IMG/VR virus record: IMGVR_UViG_3300010149_000010
Direction: 5' to 3' (one strand)
Source of the DNA: a virus
Length of the DNA stretch: 64,000 bases
Shown here: positions 21,483-30,698 of the stretch, one piece after another
How positions within the stretch are numbered: position 1 is the first letter of the stretch
Layout of the letters: each line of letters opens with the position of its first letter
Made by a program: the position numbers and the translations under genes
The notes under the pieces: generated by a model
What the model was told of the DNA's origin: nothing
The model's input: only the letters and a program-made list of their open reading frames with translations
The model's database searches: none

Positions 21483-22394
21483 CTAAAGCTGAGTAGTCAG
21501 TAACATTGACTGTTGCGGTGTTAAAAATCCAGAATTCAACAAAATCATCTGATAAAGAGAATCTAGTATACCCGCTTTGCAATACTCTAACCACCGCTCC
21601 TCTAAAGATGGCCACAGCACGCAGTAAAGAACTACTTTTTCTTTTAACTTTTCTTCAACTTCGTCAGGGTTTTGGCTCTCTTTTAATTTGTTCATTAACT
21701 CTTTTATTTTTCTCCACTCACCCCGAGTGAGGTGGTGATAGATATAAACCTCACCTTCTCCAAACGCCATTACATGGATTCCATTTTTCCCGTAAGCTTC
21801 TTTCCATGAGGATATCAAGTCTAAACTAGGTGGGTTTTTTTCACTACTCAACAACTCAAGAATCTGGTCTTTAAGGTCCACCTGCCCGCTGACTTCAGCT
21901 TGTGGCATTTCCTCCATAATTTCTTTCTCTTCTGATGCGATTGAATCTTCTAATGCTTTGAGTTCTTCTTCTAAGTTCATAGTTATAATCTCCGGTTCTG
22001 GTGTTGATTCTATTAATGCTTTAATGATGGTTGGTTCTTCTTCAGTTACTTCAACTTCTTTAGCAGGGGCAATTTTCACTTTTGCTTTTTTTTCAAGTTG
22101 ACGCTCTTTACTTTTTTCTAAAGCGGCCGCCTTTTTCTTTTCAAGCCTTTTTCTTTTCAATTCTTTTGCATTAGAAAGCTTTTCTTTTTCAGCTTCCACT
22201 TTTAACATTTCCGCTGTCGCGACTTTTTCAGCTTCTGTAAGCTTTGGCGCTGGTATGAAAGCGCTAGGCGGTAAGCTTTGAATGATTTGGTCGGCTGTAG
22301 GAGAGCCCCTTTCAAGGGCGTTTTTAGCCTTATCATTTAAAGGCTCTCCAAACATTACTAGATTTTGATTAAGCTTTTTACCTTTTATAGCCAT
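21483..22394 (-). CDS. Tail assembly chaperone (303 aa) with long charged N-terminal extension
   Basis: C-terminal IYHHLTRGEW...CVLWP...KAGILDSL...ILLNSGF; located between tube genes and tape measure. Confidence 0.6.
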   Translation of the reverse strand: MAIKGKKLNQNLVMFGEPLNDKAKNALERGSPTADQIIQSLPPSAFIPAPKLTEAEKVATAEMLKVEAEKEKLSNAKELKRKRLEKKKAAALEKSKERQLEKKAKVKIAPAKEVEVTEEEPTIIKALIESTPEPEIITMNLEEELKALEDSIASEEKEIMEEMPQAEVSGQVDLKDQILELLSSEKNPPSLDLISSWKEAYGKNGIHVMAFGEGEVYIYHHLTRGEWRKIKELMNKLKESQNPDEVEEKLKEKVVLYCVLWPSLEERWLEYCKAGILDSLYQMILLNSGFLTPQQSMLLTTQL

Positions 22395-22412
22395 TACTTA
22401 CCTTTTCAAAGT

Positions 22413-22877
22413 TTATTTAAGATTCTTAAATTCTATTGATCTACTTAAGAAACTATATTCTTCTAAAAGCACTTGTTCAGATATTTGAACTGTTTGCCCT
22501 CTAGAAATAATATAACAAGTTTTTAACACAATGTAACTTTGATCTCCAAATCTTATTTTAATATCAAACGCCTCTGTTAAAAAACCATTAAATGACATCA
22601 TCTCCGCCCGGCTTGAGACGGTAGAAAGAATGTCATTTATTATATAATCTGGTTTTACATAATTTACAACAAAATTACCTTGCACGATTTCTCTTCCTGG
22701 GAGCATTGCATCGAATTTTGTAGATGCGTATCCGTAAACAGGTTGTTGAGAGTTCTGTATGCTATAACTTATCCCTGCACACTCCAGCACCTCTTTGTAG
22801 CCAAGTTCTTTATCTGCATTTTCGAATGCAATAGATACATTTGCTCCAGAAAAATATTCGTAATTATAAAAACTCAT
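22413..22877 (-). CDS. Tail tube-like paralog (154 aa), possible tube initiator
   Basis: FSGANV / ISYSIQNSQQPVYG / GREIVQG / FDI motifs align with the tube protein motifs YSGVDI / LSYAIQREKAPIY / GKRGIAG / FDV. Confidence 0.6.
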   Translation of the reverse strand: MSFYNYEYFSGANVSIAFENADKELGYKEVLECAGISYSIQNSQQPVYGYASTKFDAMLPGREIVQGNFVVNYVKPDYIINDILSTVSSRAEMMSFNGFLTEAFDIKIRFGDQSYIVLKTCYIISRGQTVQISEQVLLEEYSFLSRSIEFKNLK

Positions 22878-22880
22878 AAT

Positions 22881-23798
22881 TTATCTTTCATATCCATCGA
22901 TCTCTACGCTTGTAGTTCCGAATTGATTTGGTTGAGCAGCTGGTTGCTGACTTTTATGACTGTTAATCAATTGCCTATAATACGGTTCATATAAGTCTTT
23001 GCCTTTGTGAGCATTATATGCATTGATAATTTCTTGAGAGGTTTGTTTGTTTAAATCAGTAAATGGTCTTACGTCTTGCGCTACGAACTGACAAACGACT
23101 TCAGTCACCATGTCATTTACAGAAGTAACAATACCTTCATTTACAAACTCTACACCTTCTAGCATCATAGATGCACCAGCGTCAGCAACCCCATTCCTAG
23201 CTACTTCAGTTTGATATCTAAGCATAATATTCACTGGTGATATTAATGTAGATATTTTATTATCAAATCTAATTTCACCGTACCCTGATCCAACCCCTTT
23301 CGTTTCTAAGTCTCTGGACCAGCCAATTAGATTGTTGTAAATGTTAGCAGGATCTTTTGCGGCCAACATTCTTAATGGATGGTCTTCTATTACTAAAAAC
23401 ACTATAGTTCCAGCAATAGTTCTAATACCACGAGTGTATCCAGAGACACCTCTTTCGCCAATCCTCCTTACGGGGGACTTGGCTTCATGTATCGAAATGG
23501 ATATCGTAGCCATTTGTGTTAAATGCACTGGAGTGAAAAAATTAGGGTTTGCCACTTCCTTGCTTGTGTCGTAAGTAGGGTCCAATTTTGGAACTCTACC
23601 AAAAGGGTTTTGGCCTCCTAAATAATGTCGCGTGGTATTTTGGAATAGCGTCCAACCAGCAACCTTAGTTTGATTAGCTGCTGCATTCTCCACTGCAATA
23701 GCTTCTATCCCTTCCCGCAACCCATCACTTCCAGGAAAAAAAGCAAACGCATCACAGTCTGATCCAGAATAGCTATATGTGTAATTAGCGCTACTCAT
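22881..23798 (-). CDS. Tail tube-like paralog (305 aa)
   Basis: YSGSD, ISISIHEAKSPV, RGIRTIAG, LEGVEFVNEG...SVND match motifs of the 290-aa tube protein. Confidence 0.65.
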   Translation of the reverse strand: MSSANYTYSYSGSDCDAFAFFPGSDGLREGIEAIAVENAAANQTKVAGWTLFQNTTRHYLGGQNPFGRVPKLDPTYDTSKEVANPNFFTPVHLTQMATISISIHEAKSPVRRIGERGVSGYTRGIRTIAGTIVFLVIEDHPLRMLAAKDPANIYNNLIGWSRDLETKGVGSGYGEIRFDNKISTLISPVNIMLRYQTEVARNGVADAGASMMLEGVEFVNEGIVTSVNDMVTEVVCQFVAQDVRPFTDLNKQTSQEIINAYNAHKGKDLYEPYYRQLINSHKSQQPAAQPNQFGTTSVEIDGYER

Positions 23799-25487
23799 TT
23801 ATACTCCTATTACGGTCGGGTCATTGTCATCAGGATCTGAGTTTGCACCCGAACCATCTTGATCATTATCAACGCTTTCATTTGCGTCTAAGGGGAAAGC
23901 GTCCCCAGGGTCAGTTACCCCGTCATTGTCATCGTCGTCGTCGTCAAAATTTGGAACTCCATCCCCATCAGTATCTACTGCTTCATGGAACCCTGAGCTA
24001 TCATCCCCAAAGTTAGGCGCTGGATCATCTCCATCTGGTATGCCGTCATTATCGTTGTCAGGGTCAGCTATATTGGGCACACCGTCATTATCTGTATCTT
24101 GGAATGTTCGCTCAACTTCGTCTTCTGTAAGTTCATCTACTTGAACGTCCTCTGCTTCTTCTATCCTCTCCTGTTCAAAAACAGCAGGGTCATCCATAAT
24201 ATCGGGGTTTGGATCATTTTCATTTAAGATACCGTCATTATCTCTATCTTCATCAAAATCTAATGGCTCATCTAACAAATCATCTGCTATATCTATTTCT
24301 TCGTCATCTATTAAGCTACCCTGATCTTTAACTTTAATACCACCACCGAATTCGCTTTCTTGGCTTGCACGTTTATCAAACCTTGCGGCGGTCTGTTTTG
24401 CTTCATTACTTTGCGGCGTAGTTTTACCCCGTTCGTCGCCCAAATCAAAACTACGCCAAGGCAAAATTGCTCTAGCAGTAAAGTTCAAAGAGTAAGGTAC
24501 TGTCATAGAATCTATGCTAAGCTCAGAGTTAGCAGACATAATTTCGCAACCATACAGTCTCATTTGAGCTGATTGACCGTATTCATTTACAGCTATTATT
24601 GTTATATCAAAAGGCAGTATTTGATCCAAATACTCAGCTTTACTTACTGTGTAATTCGAACCTAAATTATCTAAATTGTATTCATGGTTTAAAGCATAAT
24701 TCGAGTTTTGCCCAACTCTTTTCTCAACGATTGTTTCTTCAATTTTTACTGTAGGCTTGGCCCTTCTTCTTCTTATTACATTATTATTAATAATAAGTTG
24801 ACGCCTTTCTACTGCTTCATCATATGCAACATAATATGTAAAAGTGGGGGCCATTAATGCTAGGTCCATCGCGAGCTGACTAGCCCCGCCCCTGTAAACA
24901 ACGCCTTCAAAACCAGCACCAGCACACGATACTGCTGCCTGGATCAAAGCTCTAGCAATACCAGCAGCACCCAACCAAAAAGACTTAGCGAGGGTTTTAA
25001 GAGCACTTTCAAAAGCCGACTCTAAGCAATTATAAGCAGTGTCCTTTAGGGAAACACCAGGAAAAAAATTAGGTTTTATATATTCTTCATAAATCCATGT
25101 ATAACGTCCAGACAACGGCTCAGGGTCTTTTACTAAAGGCGCGGCAATATGTGTTTTCCGAGTCTGTTTTATTTTTTCTATTTTTTCTGAATAGAAAAGC
25201 TCATCTCTGTCTAACAGCGCTTTTTCATTTTCAAAAGACTTCGAATACAAAAGATCCAAATCTAAAAGCAAGCCTCTAATAACCCCGTTGATACCTCTCT
25301 TCCCCCTACCAAAAGAGATTGGATCAACAGAGCCCATAACATAATTAGGCGTCTTTTCACGCTGTATCATGTAACTTAACTGTTGAATACTTCCACATTC
25401 GTGACCATTGATTATCACCCTGATATCAACTCCAGAAAAAGAGCTATATGATTGTGATAAAGATGTAGAGGCATCTACTCTTGACAT
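23799..25487 (-). CDS. Tail tube paralog (562 aa) with C-terminal thrombospondin type-3-like Asp-rich Ca-binding repeats
   Basis: N-terminal FSGVDIRVIING and DQILPFD...NEYGQSAQMRLYGCEI nearly identical to the 290-aa tube; C-terminal DxDxDGxP repeats (DTDNDGVPN, DNDNDGIPD, DTDGDGVPN, DAFPLD). Confidence 0.75.
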   Translation of the reverse strand: MSRVDASTSLSQSYSSFSGVDIRVIINGHECGSIQQLSYMIQREKTPNYVMGSVDPISFGRGKRGINGVIRGLLLDLDLLYSKSFENEKALLDRDELFYSEKIEKIKQTRKTHIAAPLVKDPEPLSGRYTWIYEEYIKPNFFPGVSLKDTAYNCLESAFESALKTLAKSFWLGAAGIARALIQAAVSCAGAGFEGVVYRGGASQLAMDLALMAPTFTYYVAYDEAVERRQLIINNNVIRRRRAKPTVKIEETIVEKRVGQNSNYALNHEYNLDNLGSNYTVSKAEYLDQILPFDITIIAVNEYGQSAQMRLYGCEIMSANSELSIDSMTVPYSLNFTARAILPWRSFDLGDERGKTTPQSNEAKQTAARFDKRASQESEFGGGIKVKDQGSLIDDEEIDIADDLLDEPLDFDEDRDNDGILNENDPNPDIMDDPAVFEQERIEEAEDVQVDELTEDEVERTFQDTDNDGVPNIADPDNDNDGIPDGDDPAPNFGDDSSGFHEAVDTDGDGVPNFDDDDDDNDGVTDPGDAFPLDANESVDNDQDGSGANSDPDDNDPTVIGV

Positions 25488-25490
25488 AAT

Positions 25491-25545
25491 ATTACCCCAG
25501 GCTAAAAAGTTATTACTATTTATAACATTTATAGCTTGGGGTAAT
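25491..25545 (-). promoter_or_regulatory. Long intergenic stem-loop occluding the RBS of the 562-aa gene; TATAAATA within it
   Basis: ATTACCCCAGGCTA...TAGCTTGGGGTAAT inverted repeat (14 bp, 1 mismatch, plus inner GTTAT/ATAAC) ending 3 nt before the ATG at 25487. Confidence 0.6.
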
Positions 25546-25562
25546 CTACAATTAAGTTTAAC

Positions 25563-26435
25563 TTACTTGCTGTAAGTAAACCGTGAATCTGCATTAGCCT
25601 CCTTACCCGGTTGACCTTCCCTTACTGCATCTTTATCGTGGTGGTCATATAGTTCATCTCTTGCAGATTTTCCTGAGCTACCATTCAAAGCGAAACTTCT
25701 CCAAGGTAGAATCGTTCGACAAACATAAGTCATTTGATTCTCTATTACAATGTCGTCTATAGAAAAACCTGAACCCTCATTAAGAATTTCACATCCATAA
25801 AGACGCATCTGCGCAGATTGACCATACTCATTCGCAGCAACAATAGTTACATCAAACGGTAAGATCTGGTCTACATAAAATACTTTTGCAACAGAATAAT
25901 TGTTACCTAAGTTATCTAACTCATATGAACGTTGAGGATCAAAGCGTTGAGTTGGTCCGCCACTAAATTCTACGCTCGCGGGATCATTACCAGGAAGTGT
26001 CCGAAGTAATCTTCCTGCAAGATTACCATCAACATCTTTAAGGCTAACGGTAGAAGTTTCATTATTTGCATTATTCAAAGCGCTTGTGTTGTAATTAGTG
26101 ATGCTTTGATTATTCGTGCTAGACCCCCCCGCTTCACCACTGTAGCTAGGGAAAATTTCGTCTTTGTCAAGGAGAGCACGCTCACCAGTAAACGATGGCG
26201 TGTAAAGCATATGCACGTCCATCATAAGTGAGATCATCGTACCAGCAATACCACGCTTACCACGAGAGTAAGAAACGGGGTCTACTGATCCCATAACATA
26301 GATGGGTGCTTTCTCGCGCTGGATAGCGTAAGACAAAGCTTGCATACTGCCTGCTTGTGCACCGTTAATAATAACTCTAATATCAACACCTGAATAAGAT
26401 GTATAGGTTCTACTTAAGTCTAATGAAGTTGCCAT
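25563..26435 (-). CDS. Major tail tube protein (290 aa)
   Basis: Directly downstream of the sheath gene; strong RBS (AAGGAG); tube-type motifs YSGVDI, REKAPIY, RGKRGIAG, LPFDV. Confidence 0.75.
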   Translation of the reverse strand: MATSLDLSRTYTSYSGVDIRVIINGAQAGSMQALSYAIQREKAPIYVMGSVDPVSYSRGKRGIAGTMISLMMDVHMLYTPSFTGERALLDKDEIFPSYSGEAGGSSTNNQSITNYNTSALNNANNETSTVSLKDVDGNLAGRLLRTLPGNDPASVEFSGGPTQRFDPQRSYELDNLGNNYSVAKVFYVDQILPFDVTIVAANEYGQSAQMRLYGCEILNEGSGFSIDDIVIENQMTYVCRTILPWRSFALNGSSGKSARDELYDHHDKDAVREGQPGKEANADSRFTYSK

Positions 26436-26459
26436 TATTCAATCTCCTTTGTTTTTAAA

Positions 26460-29384
26460 TTAAATGCCGCTTGCAGGTGGTTCAAGAGTAAGATCAATAC
26501 TAATAGCTTCGATAGATAATGGCGGAATAAATGTTACAGAAAGTCTAACAATGCCATTAATTCTATCAAGCTGAGATCCACGCAATTGCGCGCTGAGCCT
26601 CTGAGCATACCCCAGTTGCACCAAGCTTCTACAAACACCATCTAGCCGTTGAGCCAAACTTGAAATCTGCTGATCAGTATAAGCAGAACCAATAATCTGC
26701 ATGCACTCATTTCGCATTCTTGTAAGGATGGCATTTCCCGCTAGAATAGACGAAACCTTACTGTAATCAGATGTTCTCAAAGCTGCAGTGTAAATCGAAG
26801 AAATCACTCCAGTTTGATCAATCATGCAAATTCTAAGTGCAGCAAGGTTATCTAAAACAGCTCTCGGCGTTCTTTGCTGCGCATCAAAACCAGCAATTCT
26901 ACCTCGAATCGGCCCAATAGGCTCCGTTCCAGGCTCTAGAACTGAAAGTAAGCCAGCAATCATTGGCCCAGCATTCCCAATATAAGGATTTGTTCTGCCA
27001 ATATTGATCTTCCTGCCGTTTGTTGAAATGCTTGATTGCGGGTCTTGAATCAAGCCATAAGCACCTACAACGATAACATGTTTTCCTAAATCAATAGGGT
27101 TGCCAAGCGAATCAATTGCCTCATCGGTATCATCAATCCCATATGGAATCCCATTAGGTAGCAAATCTCCATTGGTAAGGATTACACCGCCAAAAGCAGC
27201 TCCCCCTCTGTAATCGACTGCTCCAGCCAAAAGCTTTGTACCTAGAACACCACTACCATTCTGGATTACCTTAACATCACCATTACTTTCTACTCGATAA
27301 GTTGCGGGATTTCCTGCCCAAGCAGAAACTCCGTTTCTGCTTCTAGAAGGGGGTGAGCATGGCACTACCGCAATAGTCTGAGAGTAATTCGTAGACGCTT
27401 TGTAGGCTGCAGTAGCAGACTGATGTAAGAAAGATACTTCCCTGACTTCAACGTTTGAAGCTACCAAAGCAATACTTCCTTTAAGCGCTCCATCGATTAA
27501 GTTGCCATTGTAAACTGGATCCGTGAACGTTAGAATCCTTGACATAACTGCTTCTGGAATAACGTTTCCAGTAAGCTCAAAGTGACTCATGAAAAACGGG
27601 TCTACCTCAATTCTCTCTGGAGACTGAAGCGCGTACAAGCTTAAAGCCCTGCTACCATCAACCATTGAAGGTCGAAGTCGAACAACATTTACAAGGTCGC
27701 CCTCATCGAATCTTTGACCATCAATTTCCAAGGTTGCAAATGGTGTTTGAACCTCAATAGTTCCTTGGTAATCTGCAGCTTTGTAAATATCATACTCTGC
27801 TTCACTTTGACCCTCAACATTTACTTCCGTCCATGCAGCACCAATATAACCAGCATGGTCTTGCTCATTTAATGAAGTACGGTCATCAAAACCGTTACCT
27901 GCACCGTCGTTTTCGTTATTGTCACTAAATACACCAGCACCATCAGCTTTTAAAGCATCGTATTGAGCTTCACTAAATCCAATAGCGTCTACACCGTTTC
28001 CTGCAAAAGCGCCTAGTGCTTCAAATTCAACTTCATTCCTACCAAAAGTGTCATCAATGTCAGCTCTATCACAATCGAAAGAAACATGGCACTGGATTAA
28101 ACCTTTTTCATCAAAGAAAGATTCAACTTCAGTACTAGAGCCTGAAGCTTTTGGATGCATATGAAATTCTACAAGATTTAAAACGTCACCCACGCTTGCT
28201 TGCTTACTGCTGATTTTGTATTTCACACCATCATAAATGTATTCAGGGGCAACATTTGAATCACTGAAAGGATTTTTCCTGGCACTCATAAAGACGTGTG
28301 GGCGGCCATTGAACTCATATTTCCACATGTAGCCAAGGCTATTTTTCTGCCATGAAGCTTGAGCTCTCAAATCCATGCTGTTCGAAAGCTCAACTGCGCC
28401 AACATCTGCATAACATTTATCACAGTGTAAGAATGCAAGGTTTTCAAACTCAAGCTCATCGTAAGCTACCTCATTAGCAGCATATCTTTCACAATGATTA
28501 ATAAAATCGCCATTAGTACCTCCAAGGCCTCTAACCTTAAGCTCTCCACCAACATTTTCAGCGTTAAAGTCTGAAAGACTTTTGCTCTTTAACGCAAATT
28601 CATCAACAATTTTAATCTTGCTTAAATAACCGTCAAGAACTTCAACACCATTTAATGAAGAGGTTCCGTTTAAGTTAATTGAAGAGTTGCTTTGCATGCC
28701 AGCTTTAATGTCTGCCAATCTGTAAATTTCTTCAAGACTTGGATCAGTAGCATTCAAAATATTATCTTCGAATGTATCTGGAGTGTAAAGGAAATAACCT
28801 GCAGGAACGTTTAGCTCAACATCAAAAAGAGCCTCTGCAACGCTAGGTATCAAGATTCCTTCACTGTCAAAAACAGGCCTAGCGCTATCAGTGTTAAAAA
28901 TGATTGCTCTTTGACGTATCAGAGATCCCTCCCTGAAAGGCATTAGAATCAAACCCAATTGATCTTGAGTTGATTTTAAACCCTCTTCTGTTTTCGTTTC
29001 TCGAGTGGCAAAAGGTGTAATTCTGATCCACGCTTCTTTTTCTTGCATGCCTGCAGTGCTTTTTTCAAAGAACATGTGGTAAGGTTTAGCGCCAATCCTC
29101 ATCACGCTAAGCGGGGTCCGGTCGCCAGCAATGCTTTGTGCAGCTGCAACAACCTTTGTTACATCACTTTTTACGTTAAATTCTCTTGCAGCGTCTTGAA
29201 CTGCCACGACAGAAGATGCAGCTCTGTAAGCTTGTACGTCAAGGCCTGATTGGGCAGTAGCCGTCATCATCAGTCCAGGGCCAGTTGCAGGAGAATTTGC
29301 TGCTTGCCTCCGCATATTGTTGTCATTATAGGTGGCTGTCATTTCACCTGCAATGTTTGTATAAGTTAAATTTTCGTATGCCAT
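26460..29384 (-). CDS. Contractile tail sheath protein (974 aa)
   Basis: Size and position; sheath-like C-terminus (LDNLAALRI...IVRLSVTFIPPLSIEAISIDLTL); RBS CAGGAG. Confidence 0.8.
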   Translation of the reverse strand: MAYENLTYTNIAGEMTATYNDNNMRRQAANSPATGPGLMMTATAQSGLDVQAYRAASSVVAVQDAAREFNVKSDVTKVVAAAQSIAGDRTPLSVMRIGAKPYHMFFEKSTAGMQEKEAWIRITPFATRETKTEEGLKSTQDQLGLILMPFREGSLIRQRAIIFNTDSARPVFDSEGILIPSVAEALFDVELNVPAGYFLYTPDTFEDNILNATDPSLEEIYRLADIKAGMQSNSSINLNGTSSLNGVEVLDGYLSKIKIVDEFALKSKSLSDFNAENVGGELKVRGLGGTNGDFINHCERYAANEVAYDELEFENLAFLHCDKCYADVGAVELSNSMDLRAQASWQKNSLGYMWKYEFNGRPHVFMSARKNPFSDSNVAPEYIYDGVKYKISSKQASVGDVLNLVEFHMHPKASGSSTEVESFFDEKGLIQCHVSFDCDRADIDDTFGRNEVEFEALGAFAGNGVDAIGFSEAQYDALKADGAGVFSDNNENDGAGNGFDDRTSLNEQDHAGYIGAAWTEVNVEGQSEAEYDIYKAADYQGTIEVQTPFATLEIDGQRFDEGDLVNVVRLRPSMVDGSRALSLYALQSPERIEVDPFFMSHFELTGNVIPEAVMSRILTFTDPVYNGNLIDGALKGSIALVASNVEVREVSFLHQSATAAYKASTNYSQTIAVVPCSPPSRSRNGVSAWAGNPATYRVESNGDVKVIQNGSGVLGTKLLAGAVDYRGGAAFGGVILTNGDLLPNGIPYGIDDTDEAIDSLGNPIDLGKHVIVVGAYGLIQDPQSSISTNGRKINIGRTNPYIGNAGPMIAGLLSVLEPGTEPIGPIRGRIAGFDAQQRTPRAVLDNLAALRICMIDQTGVISSIYTAALRTSDYSKVSSILAGNAILTRMRNECMQIIGSAYTDQQISSLAQRLDGVCRSLVQLGYAQRLSAQLRGSQLDRINGIVRLSVTFIPPLSIEAISIDLTLEPPASGI

Positions 29385-29423
29385 TTGATAACTCCTGTGT
29401 CATAAGTTACGCGTAAAATAAAT

Positions 29424-30146
29424 TTATGAGGATAAGATTTTTAAATTAATAAGCGCTTTTTTTATTACTGAATAAGCTTTTGCATCGAATTCCCTGAATC
29501 TCAAAAAGAATCTTATGGGTCTTGAAAAAACTCTTTGACCATTTATACTCATATAATTGTCAGTTAGTCTTTCTTTCCAGAAAAATCTTTCTGCTCCTTT
29601 TAGCTCAAAAGCAAAAGCAGAGTTTACGAATAGCTTTTCCAACCATATTGCGCGTTTATTAGCCAGTTTGTTTGAGGTCGCCCAACAATTGAATTCTATT
29701 ACATGATCCACGGGTCTCGACTCCACTGTAATTATTTTGTTCGGCATGTTCGGTCGCATCTCTTGGTGCGAATATGTCGCTTTTCGATGCGGCCTATCTG
29801 TACCTTTAGTATTCATCATTCCTGGCTTTCTTTCGACCACCTTAAAAGTGATCACTTCACTACCATAGTCGTCCATGTTTTCAGGCGGATACTCTTCTAC
29901 TAGCCGAACTTTAGCTTTTTCCCTAACCCCGTCTTTGTTTTGAGAGTCTTCTATTATTTTTTGTGCTACATCAAAAAAACTATCAAGAGTTAAAGGCGCA
30001 GTATTTACCATAAAGACTCTATCCAAGTTTATGTTATATGGATTTCTTAAAATAAAATCTTCAGGAGCTAAAACCTCTGAAGATATATTTCCCAATCCGT
30101 CTACAACATGTATGAGTATTTGGTCGTTATTACGATAATCATGCAT
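29424..30146 (-). CDS. Tail terminator/completion protein (240 aa)
   Basis: Last neck gene before the sheath; VIEFNCWA...A...A..LE pattern typical of tail-terminator folds. Confidence 0.55.
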   Translation of the reverse strand: MHDYRNNDQILIHVVDGLGNISSEVLAPEDFILRNPYNINLDRVFMVNTAPLTLDSFFDVAQKIIEDSQNKDGVREKAKVRLVEEYPPENMDDYGSEVITFKVVERKPGMMNTKGTDRPHRKATYSHQEMRPNMPNKIITVESRPVDHVIEFNCWATSNKLANKRAIWLEKLFVNSAFAFELKGAERFFWKERLTDNYMSINGQRVFSRPIRFFLRFREFDAKAYSVIKKALINLKILSS

Positions 30147-30698
30147 TTAAATATTCTCTCTTATAGAACTGTCTTCTCTGCAATAAACGGCAATGTATTC
30201 AACCCGACCATTATCTGCTCGGTATTTCTGAATCGTTTCAGGTCTGTAAACTGTCTCTCTTTTGTATGGTACTAATAGCTTTCCTTCAATATCAAGAGAC
30301 AACTGAATTATTTTATCTCTGTAAGATAATTTTTCGTCATATCTTAAATAAAATATTTTATAATCAGTTCTTATTTCACCTGCAGCTATTCTTTTCATCC
30401 TGTTACCTTTCCCACCGTCTGCTCCTACTAGACTAGAATAACAGCGAGAAAATCTTTCATCCCAGATGTATCCCTCCCCCAAGCAGTGCTTACACTCAGT
30501 CTCCCCATCCGCTTCATCTGTCAACTGAGATACGCAAGCACATTTTATTAATTCATTTTCACTGTTTTTCCGAGCCGCTCTTATTAAAATTAAATGGTTG
30601 TGTGGTTTGCAGCCTCCAATACCAAAAACTATGTTATCGAATTCTTTGCGCAAATCTATTTCGCACCCATGAGATTCATCAAAGCTTCTAATGCTCAT
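30147..30698 (-). CDS. Head closure / neck protein (183 aa) with Cys motifs
   Basis: Neck position; CAC...CKHCLGEG zinc-finger-like motif; C-terminal RADNGRVEY. Confidence 0.5.
   Translation of the reverse strand: MSIRSFDESHGCEIDLRKEFDNIVFGIGGCKPHNHLILIRAARKNSENELIKCACVSQLTDEADGETECKHCLGEGYIWDERFSRCYSSLVGADGGKGNRMKRIAAGEIRTDYKIFYLRYDEKLSYRDKIIQLSLDIEGKLLVPYKRETVYRPETIQKYRADNGRVEYIAVYCREDSSIRENI

Noticed and set aside
21460-21500. Programmed frameshift joining the two tail chaperones (lambda G/GT style)
   Set aside because: The second gene has its own ATG and its own chaperone-like domain; no convincing slippery site identified just before the first stop
23810-24260. DxDGD strings (e.g. DTDGD) as a third polymerase active site
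   Set aside because: Part of tandem DxDxDG calcium-binding repeats on a tube protein, with no RxP or other RNAP motifs
26460-29384. Sheath/tube cluster as a bacterial contractile injection system or tailocin
   Set aside because: Linked to capsid, portal, protease and terminase genes, so it is a complete phage
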